Part shown: piece by piece, positions 10,629-18,958 of the stretch
Position numbering within the stretch: the first letter of the stretch is position 1
Layout: each line of letters opens with the position of its first letter
Assembly: GCA_938084645.1 (NCBI GenBank)
Contig: CALKEP010000018.1
Span: 1 to 41,301, forward strand
Length of the DNA stretch: 41,301 nt
Origin: an uncultured Phycisphaerales bacterium
GTDB lineage: Bacteria > Planctomycetota > Phycisphaerae > Phycisphaerales > SM1A02
Direction: 5' to 3'
Made by a program: the position numbers and the translations under genes
The notes under the pieces: model-generated
What the model was told of the DNA's origin: nothing
What the model saw: only the letters and a program-made list of their open reading frames with translations
Databases searched by the model: none

Positions 10629-11668
10629 GGTGCCACCGCCAGCGCCGGGGTGTCCGGGATCAGTCCGAGATCGACCGGAAGCCCGCAGGCGAGATTCAGG
10701 CACTGGACCGCCTGGCCGGCGGCGCCCTTGACGAGGTTGTCGATCGCGCTGGAGATCATCAGGCGGCCGTGCGATGCGTCGACGACCAGTCCGAGGTCGC
10801 AGCGGTTCGTTCCTCGGACCGCCGCCACCGACGGCCACGTTCCTGCGGGAAGAAGATTCACGCCGGGACGATCGGCATACGCCGTCGAGAGGGTGGTTCG
10901 CACGTCGGTCTCGTTGGTGCCTGCGGCGAGCCTGAGATGGATGGTCGAGAGGATGCCTCGGTCGAACGCGCCGAGATGCGGCGTGAAGAGGACGTCGACC
11001 CCGCCGTGTCTCGCCATCTCGGGTTGATGGCGATGGTCGAATGCGCCGTAGGCCTGCAGGCTGACTTCGCAGAAGGACGTGTGCGGACGGGCCGCGCGGC
11101 CGGCGCCGCTCACGCCGCTGGTGCTGTCCACGATGACCGGATCGGCGGGGTCGATCAGGCCGGCATCGACCAGCGGTCGTACCGGAAGGAGCATCGACGT
11201 CGGATAGCAGCCGGGCACCGCCACGAGGGATGCGTCGCGGATCTTCGGGGCGTTCAGATCCGCGAGGCCGTACACCGCGGTCTCCAGCAGATCGGGCCGG
11301 GTGTGTTCGAAACCGTAGTGTCGTCGGTACGCCCCCGCGGAATCGAGCCGGAACGCCGCGGAGAGATCGAGCACCCGGACCCCTCGATCGTGAAGCCATC
11401 CGCCGTGTTCGACGCTCGCCTCGTGCGGCGTGGCGAGAAACACCGCATCGGGCTCGAGGGCGAGGACCGCGTCGAGATCGAGCGGGCGGACGGGGAGTGG
11501 CGGGCCGCCGCGAAAGCGAGGATGAAGGTCGGCGAGATCGCGGTCTTCGTCCGCGGTGCGGGATGAACCCATGAGCGCGGCGGGTGTCGTCGAGGGATGA
11601 CGAAGGAGGAGCGAGACGAGTTCTGCGCCGGCGTAGCCGGTCGCACCGATCACGACGGTGTTCAACAT
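10625..11668 (-). CDS. argC: N-acetyl-gamma-glutamyl-phosphate reductase
   Basis: GATGYAGAEL, FLATPH, DLSAAFRL, PGCYPT, SGVSGAGR, HRHQPE, IDNLVKGAAGQAVQ. Confidence 0.97.
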   Translation of the reverse strand: MLNTVVIGATGYAGAELVSLLLRHPSTTPAALMGSSRTADEDRDLADLHPRFRGGPPLPVRPLDLDAVLALEPDAVFLATPHEASVEHGGWLHDRGVRVLDLSAAFRLDSAGAYRRHYGFEHTRPDLLETAVYGLADLNAPKIRDASLVAVPGCYPTSMLLPVRPLVDAGLIDPADPVIVDSTSGVSGAGRAARPHTSFCEVSLQAYGAFDHRHQPEMARHGGVDVLFTPHLGAFDRGILSTIHLRLAAGTNETDVRTTLSTAYADRPGVNLLPAGTWPSVAAVRGTNRCDLGLVVDASHGRLMISSAIDNLVKGAAGQAVQCLNLACGLPVDLGLIPDTPALAVAP

Positions 11669-11671
11669 GGT

Positions 11672-12121
11672 TCAGGCTCGATCCTGCGTCTCATGACCGA
11701 AAAGGACGCGGGCGAGACGGGCCGCCGAGTCGGGGTTTCTGGTGGCGACGAACACGGTGTCGTCGCCGGCGATGGTGCCGAGAAGATCCGGATCGCTGAG
11801 TTCGTCCAGCTGCAATGCGACCGCATCGGCATGGGCGGGGGGGGTGTGGAGGACGAGCATGGTGCCACCGACCTGGACGTTCCGGACCAGGTCCTGAAAC
11901 AGCTGCGTGGCGGCGGGTGGGACGAGGACCTCGCCCCGGCCCGGAAGGCGGTAGCCGGAAGCCGTCTTGACCACGCCCAATGCGGTGAGATCTCGAGAAA
12001 GCGTGGTCTGCGTGGCGGAGACCCCGGCTTCGGCCAGTTGGTCGACCAGGGCTTGCTGGGTGCGAATCGACTTCTCTTGAAGCAGTTCGGCGATGAGCGT
12101 GTGGCGTTGGTGCTTTCGCAT
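11672..12121 (-). CDS. argR: Arginine repressor
   Basis: TQQALV..L...G...TQTTLSRDL winged HTH and GTIAGDDT arginine-binding motif. ATG 12121 preferred because the ORF-track ATG 12136 falls inside the promoter. Confidence 0.93.
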   Translation of the reverse strand: MRKHQRHTLIAELLQEKSIRTQQALVDQLAEAGVSATQTTLSRDLTALGVVKTASGYRLPGRGEVLVPPAATQLFQDLVRNVQVGGTMLVLHTPPAHADAVALQLDELSDPDLLGTIAGDDTVFVATRNPDSAARLARVLFGHETQDRA

Positions 12122-12156
12122 CGAATCATTATGCATTTGATGAATACTTATGTCAA
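12120..12156 (-). promoter_or_regulatory. Sigma70-type arg operon promoter overlapped by tandem ARG boxes
   Basis: Minus-strand TTGACA (12156-12151), 17 nt, CATAAT (12133-12128). ARG-like 18-mers ATCGAATCATTATGCATT (12120-12137) and GATGAATACTTATGTCAA (12139-12156). Confidence 0.8.
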
Positions 12157-12292
12157 TGGGGCGGCTTGGGCGTCATTTAAGAACTCCGCCCGCGAATAAA
12201 ATGCACCGGAGCAGAATCAAGTCCGATAAAACATGGAGCTCTTTATCGGATTAATTTTGCGCGAGGTTCTCCGTTCTTTTGCGAAGTGTGCC

Positions 12293-12320
12293 TTGAGACA
12301 TGGGGGTGTACCGGTACACT
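12293..12320 (+). promoter_or_regulatory. Putative sigma70 promoter of the PEP-CTERM-like gene
   Basis: TTGAGA (12293-12298), 16 nt, TACACT (12315-12320), preceded by an AT-rich tract. Confidence 0.5.
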
Positions 12321-12406
12321 CGAAACGGTCGCCGATGCCCTCGGAGACCCCGTGAGTTCCCGCTTTTCCGTGTTCCCGAACGTCGAAGAAGGAAGAAGAG
12401 ACCATC

Positions 12407-13045
12407 ATGAAGAACCTGCTTGTCACCGCTGCCGTTGCGGCCGCGTTCACTGGGTCGGCCATGGCCGACATCGAAGCCTCGTCTGGTTGGGAGGACACCT
12501 CCGCCCCGGCCATCCTCGGCTCCTTCGGCAACCTCTTCGATTGGGGCTATGAGACCGCTGATCCGTTCGCGGGCGGCTCGAGCCTTTTCATGATCGAGGA
12601 TCCCGTGAGCGGCACGCCCCAGGGCTACGTCGCCTGGGTCACCGGCCTCTCCGAAGGTGACACCGTCACCGCCACCATGTGGATGAAGGGTGCCTCCAAC
12701 GGCGTCGACAACGACGGCAAGGGACGGCTCTGGGGCCACTACAGCTCCAACGATGACATCACCACCTACTTCGGCTCCGCGTCGGGCTCCGGCGACTACG
12801 CGGGCGAGGGCGGCATCTGGACGCAGGCATCCCACACCTGGACCATCGCCGAGGGCCAGACGGCGCTCGTGATCGAAGCCCGGATGTACAGCTACGGATC
12901 GAACAACATCCTGCTCGGTGACGACCTCACGGTCTCCACCAACAACGATGGCGCGACCATCACCCTTGCGGGTGTGATTCCCGCGCCCGGTGCGATCGCC
13001 CTGCTCGGTGTCGCGGGCCTCGCCTCGCGTCGTCGACGCGGCTGA
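12407..13045 (+). CDS. Secreted surface protein with PEP-CTERM-like (PAPG) sorting signal
   Basis: Signal peptide MKNLLVTAAVAAAFTGSAMA. C-terminus IPAPGAIALLGVAGLASRRRRG (motif, TM helix, Arg cluster). Own promoter and terminator. Confidence 0.9.
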   Translation: MKNLLVTAAVAAAFTGSAMADIEASSGWEDTSAPAILGSFGNLFDWGYETADPFAGGSSLFMIEDPVSGTPQGYVAWVTGLSEGDTVTATMWMKGASNGVDNDGKGRLWGHYSSNDDITTYFGSASGSGDYAGEGGIWTQASHTWTIAEGQTALVIEARMYSYGSNNILLGDDLTVSTNNDGATITLAGVIPAPGAIALLGVAGLASRRRRG

Positions 13046-13079
13046 TCGGAACGGGAACGCGAAGGCGTTCAAAGAACTC

Positions 13080-13118
13080 GAAACCGTGCCTGCCGCAAGG
13101 CGGGCACGGTTTCTTTTT
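13080..13118 (+). terminator. Rho-independent terminator of the PEP-CTERM-like gene
   Basis: GAAACCGTGCCTGCC-GCAA-GGCGGGCACGGTTTC stem-loop (one G-U pair, GNRA loop) followed by TTTTT. Confidence 0.9.
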
Positions 13119-13226
13119 GGAGCCGCTCCTGCAGCCTCCTCGCCATCCGTCGTGACGCACGCGTCGACGTCTTGAAGCGACGGCGATCCAGGCGATGTCC
13201 CTCGGGGCGAGCGAAGCTCCCGCGAT

Positions 13227-13267
13227 GAAGAACCGCCGCACGTTCTCCGGCGGAGAACGTGCGGCGG
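13227..13267 (-). terminator. Terminator hairpin downstream of infC
   Basis: Perfect 16-bp inverted repeat CCGCCGCACGTTCTCC (13233-13248) / GGAGAACGTGCGGCGG (13252-13267), followed by TTCTTC on the minus strand, 45 nt past the infC stop. Confidence 0.75.
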
Positions 13268-13312
13268 CCGTGTTTCCAGGATCTTCCGCGACCAGTCGCG
13301 GCGAACCGCGAG

Positions 13313-14041
13313 TCAGTCCTTGGACTCCTCGGTCGACACTTCCGTGGTGGTCTCGGGCTCGGGGGCGGCCGCTTCGGCCTTCGCGTCGGCCTCGTTGATC
13401 GCGGCCATCTGCTTGGCGAGCTCCTCGTCCTTCTCCTCGGTCTTGCGGCCTTCCTTCTCCATCCTGCGACGGTAGGCCTCGATCTTCCGCTTGTCTGGAC
13501 CGAGGATCACGGACATTCGCCGACCCGCCATCCGCGGTTCGGTCTCGAGCTTTCCGAGCTCCTCGAGATCCTCGATGATGCTTCGCATCCGGTCGTAGCC
13601 GCGTTCTCGATGGGCCATCTCACGGCCGCGGAACTGCTGGACGATCTGGACCTTGTGTCCCTCGAGCAGGAACTTCTTCGCCTGCTTCATGCGAATCCCG
13701 ATGTCGTGGGGATCGATCTTCATCGATCGGCCGAGACGGACCTCCTTGAGTTCGGAGACCTTCGTCTTCGCCTTTCGTTCCTTGTCCTTCTTCGACTGCT
13801 CGTACTTGAACCGACCGTAGTCGATGATCCGGCAGACCGGCGGACGGGCGTCGGCGTTCATCTCGACGAGATCGAGGCCGAGGTCACGGGCGCGGCGAAG
13901 CGCCTCGTGCGTCTCGACGACGCCTGCGTTCTCGTTGTTCTCGTCGATCAGCTGGACCGGCGAGATTCGGATCCGCTCGTTCATGCGGGGCCCGGTGGGC
14001 CGCATGTCTTCGCGGCGGAATCCTCTGCGTCGAATGGCGAT
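13313..14041 (-). CDS. infC: Translation initiation factor IF-3 (probable non-canonical ATC start; first in-frame ATG is 14005)
   Basis: NERIR, LDLVE, PPVCRIIDYGRFKYE, KEVRL, FRGREMAH. In-frame ATC at 14041 lies 9 nt after GAAGGG. Confidence 0.93.
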   Translation of the reverse strand: MAIRRRGFRREDMRPTGPRMNERIRISPVQLIDENNENAGVVETHEALRRARDLGLDLVEMNADARPPVCRIIDYGRFKYEQSKKDKERKAKTKVSELKEVRLGRSMKIDPHDIGIRMKQAKKFLLEGHKVQIVQQFRGREMAHRERGYDRMRSIIEDLEELGKLETEPRMAGRRMSVILGPDKRKIEAYRRRMEKEGRKTEEKDEELAKQMAAINEADAKAEAAAPEPETTTEVSTEESKD

Positions 14042-14278
14042 GGTGGAAATCCCTTCAAGCGAACTGGAGCGAGAGACACCCGTCGAACGGTTCGCACGTT
14101 CGGGGGCGCAGGTGAATCAGGAAGACGTCACACGCGATGAAAGCCGGGGGCACGCACACGCGGAGCGTGGTCATGAGATCGGCCGGACGGATTCGTGCAT
14201 GGAGCAGCGGTTCCGGGGGGCCGCCAGGCGGCCGTTCATCGCGATACGGAGTTCGACCGACCGAACTCCCAGACGTGA

Positions 14279-14307
14279 ACGTTACATCGGCCGAATCGGG
14301 GGATCAA
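14279..14307 (-). promoter_or_regulatory. Putative infC promoter
   Basis: Minus-strand TTGATC (14307-14302), 17 nt, TAACGT (14284-14279). Confidence 0.45.
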
Positions 14308-14483
14308 GACGAAACCCGATCCAGAACCGCCTACGAGGTGGCTCCTCGGGCCTGGGACGTGACCGAATCGACGTCCTGACCAGTTTTTCCCGGTCCCCCG
14401 AAACGGGGGCCGGGAGGCTTGGAATCGGACCGGTGCGGATCCGGTCGGTGCGGTGCCAAAGGTCATCGGCGGACACCGAGGAA

Positions 14484-16583
14484 TCAATCCGCCGTCGCCG
14501 GTTCGCTTGATGGGGCGGTCTCGAATCGATCGACCAGTCGGGTCTCGCCACGGGTACGGCTCTCGGCCGACACCGTTTCGAGGAATTCGTCGAGGCCCAT
14601 CGATCCGAGGTTCTGGTCGACGCCGAAGGCTCGGATCGAGACCTCGCGGTTTTCGGCGTCGCGCGGTCCGACCACCGCGAGGTAGGGGACCTTCATGTTG
14701 GCGGCGACCTTGACCTTGGCCTGGATCCGCTCGGCCCCGTCGTCCATGGTCGCTCGAAGGCCGAGCTTCTTCAGGCTCGACAGCACCTCGGCGGCGTAGT
14801 CGGCGCTCTTGTCGCTGATCGGGAGCACGCGGACCTGTTCGGGGGCGAGCCAGCAGGGGAAGGCGCCGGCGAAGTGCTCGATGAGCACGCCCACGAACCG
14901 TTCCATCGAGCCGAACGGGGCGCGGTGGATCATGACCGGTCGATGCCGGGCGTTGTCGGCACCGATGTATTCGAGATCGAATCGCTCAGGCAGGTTGTAG
15001 TCGACCTGCACCGTGCCGAGCTGCCACTCGCGACCGATGACGTCCTTGACCACGAAGTCGATCTTCGGACCGTAGAAGGCGGCCTCTCCGGGCTCCTCGC
15101 TGAACGGGGCCCCGAGTTCGCTGGCCGCGTTGCGACACGCCTCCTCGGCCTTGTCCCAGTTGGCGGGGTCTCCGACATACTTGCTGGAGTCCGGGTCACG
15201 GGTGCCGACCCGGACCCGATAGTCGGTCATGCCCAGGGTGTTGAAGATCAGCTTCACGATCGAGAGGCAGCCGCGGACTTCATCCGCGATCTGGTCCTCA
15301 CGGCAGAAGAGGTGGGCGTCGTCCTGGGTGAACCCGCGGACCCGGGTGAGGCCGCCGATCTCGCCCGACTGCTCCCAGCGATACACCGTGCCGAATTCGG
15401 CCAGGCGCACCGGGAGTTCCCGGTAGCTCCGCTGTTCGCTGGCGTAGATCCGGATGTGGTGCGGGCAGTTCATGGGCTTCAGGAGATAGCCCTCGATCTC
15501 GCCTTCGTCCATCCGGTTCGCAAGGTCGCTGCAGGAGCAGCCCTCGGTCGCGAATTCGTGCAGCTGGGCCCGGTCGATCACCGGGGTGTACTGGCTCTCC
15601 TGGTAGTACGGGAAGTGGCCGCTGGTCCGGTAGAGATCGAGTTTTCCGATGTGCGGGGTGAAGACCTGGTCGTAGCCCTGCTTGCGCAGTTCCTCGCCGA
15701 TGAAGTCCTGGAGCTGCTGCCGGACGACGGCGCCGTTGGGGGTCCAGAGGACGAGTCCCTGGCCGACCTGCTCGTCGATGTGGAAGAGTCGAAGCTGCTT
15801 GCCGAGCACCCGGTGGTCTCGCTTCTTCGCTTCCTCGAGGAGTTGCAGATGCTTCTTCAGCTGCTTCTTGTCCGCGAAGGCGATCCCGTAGACCCGGGTC
15901 AGTCGATCGCTCTTCTCGTCACCGTGCCAGTAGCTCGACGCGAGGTTCATGACCTTGAACGCGCCGATCCGACCGGTGGACGGAACGTGGGGACCTCGGC
16001 AGAGATCCTCCCAGTCGGTACCCGGGGTTCCGGTGGCGTACCACGAGAGTTCGCTGGAGCCGGCCTCGATGGCCCGCGTCGCGTTGTCGAGCTTGTACTT
16101 CGAGCCTTCTTCGCGAAGTTTGTCGAGTCCGGGGCCGGCGGGCATCTCGTATCGGGTGAAGGGACGGTCCTCCTTCACGATCCGGTTCATCTCGGCTTCG
16201 ATCCGCTCGAAGTCCTCGCTGGAGATCGACGACCCGTCGGGGAACGCCATGTCGTAGTAGAAGCCCTGGTCGACCGGCGGTCCGTAGACCAGCTGCACGC
16301 CGGGGAACAGATTGGTGATCGCCTCCGCCATCACGTGGGCGGCGGAATGACGGAGCAGGAACAGGCCGTTCGCATCCGCTTCGCCCTCACGGGTCTTCGC
16401 GGTGACCAGCGCCAGTTCGCAGTCCGCGTCGATCGCCGTGTCGAGGTCCGTGAGCGTCCCGTCGATGACGGCGCCGAGCGCCGATTTCGCGAGACCGGGG
16501 CCGATGTCGGCCGCGACCTGGGCCGGCGTGGTGGGACCGTCGTAGTGGCGTTCGCTCCCGTCGGGAAGCGTGATGCGGGGCAT
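14484..16583 (-). CDS. thrS: Threonine--tRNA ligase
   Basis: TGS N-terminus ITLPDGS, editing motifs HSAAH and DLCRGPH, KPMNCPHH, RVRGFTQDDAH, FYGPKID, MIHRAPFGSMERF. Confidence 0.99.
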   Translation of the reverse strand: MPRITLPDGSERHYDGPTTPAQVAADIGPGLAKSALGAVIDGTLTDLDTAIDADCELALVTAKTREGEADANGLFLLRHSAAHVMAEAITNLFPGVQLVYGPPVDQGFYYDMAFPDGSSISSEDFERIEAEMNRIVKEDRPFTRYEMPAGPGLDKLREEGSKYKLDNATRAIEAGSSELSWYATGTPGTDWEDLCRGPHVPSTGRIGAFKVMNLASSYWHGDEKSDRLTRVYGIAFADKKQLKKHLQLLEEAKKRDHRVLGKQLRLFHIDEQVGQGLVLWTPNGAVVRQQLQDFIGEELRKQGYDQVFTPHIGKLDLYRTSGHFPYYQESQYTPVIDRAQLHEFATEGCSCSDLANRMDEGEIEGYLLKPMNCPHHIRIYASEQRSYRELPVRLAEFGTVYRWEQSGEIGGLTRVRGFTQDDAHLFCREDQIADEVRGCLSIVKLIFNTLGMTDYRVRVGTRDPDSSKYVGDPANWDKAEEACRNAASELGAPFSEEPGEAAFYGPKIDFVVKDVIGREWQLGTVQVDYNLPERFDLEYIGADNARHRPVMIHRAPFGSMERFVGVLIEHFAGAFPCWLAPEQVRVLPISDKSADYAAEVLSSLKKLGLRATMDDGAERIQAKVKVAANMKVPYLAVVGPRDAENREVSIRAFGVDQNLGSMGLDEFLETVSAESRTRGETRLVDRFETAPSSEPATAD

Positions 16584-16685
16584 GGTGGACTCCTGCTCGC
16601 GAAGGGGATGTGGTCGATCGAGGATCGAAGTGTACCGGTCGGGGGTGCGGACGCGGGGGCCGAGGCTCGGGAACGGGCGATCGGA

Positions 16686-18935
16686 TCAACCGTCGCCGAG
16701 GCGGATCAGCGCCCGGGTCTCGAGGAGTCGTTGCCGCTCGTCGAGCAGCCGGTCGAAGTCCCGAAGGCCCGCGACCAGATCGTGGAGCATCACCTGGTGG
16801 ATGAGCGTGAGCCGGAGTCCGTGATCGCCGCGGGGATGGGTGACGCGATCCTCCAGCGAGGCGTCGAGGGCGGTCACCGCGGCACGGGCTCGATCCGTCG
16901 CCGAGGCGTCCTCGGGCCGGGGGCGTCGGCCCTCGAGCCGCCGGTGCGTGGCGGTCAGCATGTCCGCCAGGCCGGCGATGACGTCGGCTTCCGCCGGCGA
17001 CACCAGGACCCCTTCGCCGAGGAACGAGGTCCGTACGTAGAAGCGGGAGAGCACGAAGATCTGGTCGATGCGATCGACCAGGCGAAGGTTGAGTCGTTGC
17101 CGTTCCGGATCGTCGACGAGTTCCAGCGCGGCGTTGTCCGTCATCGTCCGGACCGTGGTGATCGCCGCGAGGCTGTCGCCGAGGGATCTGATCTCCTCCG
17201 AATCATCCGTCGTCCTGGGCATGATCGGCAGTTCGATCGATCGACGGACCGAGGCGATCGCGGTCGCCAGGCAGGCCTCGACGCGTTCTCGCGCGTAGGT
17301 CGGACGCACCAGGCTGAAGATCAGCCACGGAAGCAGGGAGGCCCCGGCGACCGCGATGAAGCGATCGTCGACGAGATCCAGCCCGACTTCGAGCCGGCTG
17401 CTCGACGTGAAGACGAAGAACAGGCTCATCGCGTAGTTGAGCCCCGCGGCGGCCGATCTCGGCTTGACGAGCATCAGGCCGCCCGGCAGCATCACCAGGA
17501 CGATGAAGATCGCGTAGCCGCCGACGGAACCGAGATTCGGAAACACGGTGGTGAGGGTGAGAAGGCTGATCAGCGTCGACAGGAGGAGGCCGACCGCGCG
17601 AAGCATCATCGATGCCCGCAGCGATCCCTGGAAGACCGTGCTGAGGAACATGGTCATCAACAGGAACACCGCTGCGCCGTTCCACTGGTCGTAGATGGAG
17701 GCGATCGCGAACGCGATGGCCATGGTGAAGGTGCCCTTGAACGCGAAGGTGATCGCCGCGGCATCGGGCTGGGTGAGAAGTTCGTGGAGCACCGCCCGGA
17801 GGCTCCAGTCCGAACGCTGATCCCACCCGGGCATTCGCAGCCGGCTCGCCGGCGTCGCCCGCGTGGGTCCGGTGGTCGCGATCAGGGTGCGGGCGATCCG
17901 CTGCATGTCGGTGAGGCCCCGCGACGCTGCGGCGATGAAGGAGATCTCCATCGTCGGCGTGCCCGTCGGTGCCGCGCGGACCATCTTCCGGCAGTCTGCA
18001 CGGAATCGTCGGGTCGCCGCCTCGAGTCCGGGGATGGGGGCGGCGGGCCGTCCCTCCCGGATCGCCTCCGAGACCTCCAGCAGCTGTCGTCCCAGTCGGG
18101 TGCGGAGGGCGGGAAGCGACTCGGCGACGCCCTCGAGGAAGAAGTCCGGCCGCCCGTGCTCCAGCAGGGTGAGTCGCATCCGGTTGATGCCCAGCAGATA
18201 GCGGGTGCAGTCGCCGGCGAGGACGAGATTCGCGGACACCGCGGTCCGGCCTCGGACGTGCCGAAGCCCGTGCAGCATCGTCTCCAGCGACGCGGACCGA
18301 CGTGCGTCCCACGTGAGGTAGCCCTCGCCGTACTCCTCGTCGAGCGGCTTCAGAAGTCCGTTGCCGACCGAGGCGAGATCGCTGGAGAGTCGGTCGCGGA
18401 GCCCCCGTTCGAAGCGATCGCCGAGGAAGAGGATGCCCAGCGTGCCCGAGACGAGCAGGCCGATGATCAGCTGTTGGAACTGGACCCAGGCCACGTGGGT
18501 GTCGACGATGCCGTTGGCGGCCTGCCAGGCGAACAGCACCGGTACCAGGATCGCGAGGAGATAGGAGAGGAGATCGAGGCCCCGGCCGAGCAGATAGAAC
18601 CCGACGAAGGCGATGCCCATCGCGATGATCACCAGCAACCAGGGCTGCTCGGTCAGTGCCCCGAGCACTCCGTGGCTCGTCGCGATCACGAGGATCACCA
18701 CCGCGATCCGGCGAAGGAGCAGGCCGACGGAGTGATGGACCACGGTCACCAGGAGCACCGGAAGCGCGGGCATGGTGCCGCCGGGCAGCTGAAGGGTGGT
18801 GAGGGCGATGATCAGGCCCGCGGCCGAGGCCAGGAACACCGCGAGCGGCCGGAGCCCCGATCGCCATTCGACGAAGGCCTCGCCGCAGGCGTCCACGGCC
18901 CAGGCGAACGAGCCGACCGGTGGGGGCCGTCGCAT
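16686..18935 (-). CDS. FUSC / MdtO-like inner-membrane efflux subunit
   Basis: Two hydrophobic multi-TM blocks separated by a long helical soluble region, downstream of a TolC-family gene and opposite an MFP. Alternative TTG start 18962 overlaps the TolC stop. Confidence 0.7.
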   Translation of the reverse strand: MRRPPPVGSFAWAVDACGEAFVEWRSGLRPLAVFLASAAGLIIALTTLQLPGGTMPALPVLLVTVVHHSVGLLLRRIAVVILVIATSHGVLGALTEQPWLLVIIAMGIAFVGFYLLGRGLDLLSYLLAILVPVLFAWQAANGIVDTHVAWVQFQQLIIGLLVSGTLGILFLGDRFERGLRDRLSSDLASVGNGLLKPLDEEYGEGYLTWDARRSASLETMLHGLRHVRGRTAVSANLVLAGDCTRYLLGINRMRLTLLEHGRPDFFLEGVAESLPALRTRLGRQLLEVSEAIREGRPAAPIPGLEAATRRFRADCRKMVRAAPTGTPTMEISFIAAASRGLTDMQRIARTLIATTGPTRATPASRLRMPGWDQRSDWSLRAVLHELLTQPDAAAITFAFKGTFTMAIAFAIASIYDQWNGAAVFLLMTMFLSTVFQGSLRASMMLRAVGLLLSTLISLLTLTTVFPNLGSVGGYAIFIVLVMLPGGLMLVKPRSAAAGLNYAMSLFFVFTSSSRLEVGLDLVDDRFIAVAGASLLPWLIFSLVRPTYARERVEACLATAIASVRRSIELPIMPRTTDDSEEIRSLGDSLAAITTVRTMTDNAALELVDDPERQRLNLRLVDRIDQIFVLSRFYVRTSFLGEGVLVSPAEADVIAGLADMLTATHRRLEGRRPRPEDASATDRARAAVTALDASLEDRVTHPRGDHGLRLTLIHQVMLHDLVAGLRDFDRLLDERQRLLETRALIRLGDG

Positions 18936-18958
18936 CGCGACGGTGTTGGTCGAATCGC

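Noticed and set aside
12137..12300. AT-rich tract as a foreign DNA insert
   Set aside because: Short and located between divergent promoters, so better explained as regulatory DNA.
14384..14415. GC hairpin after thrS as an intrinsic terminator
   Set aside because: The stem is real (14388-14415), but on the thrS strand it is followed by an A-run, not a U-tract, so it is not called a terminator.
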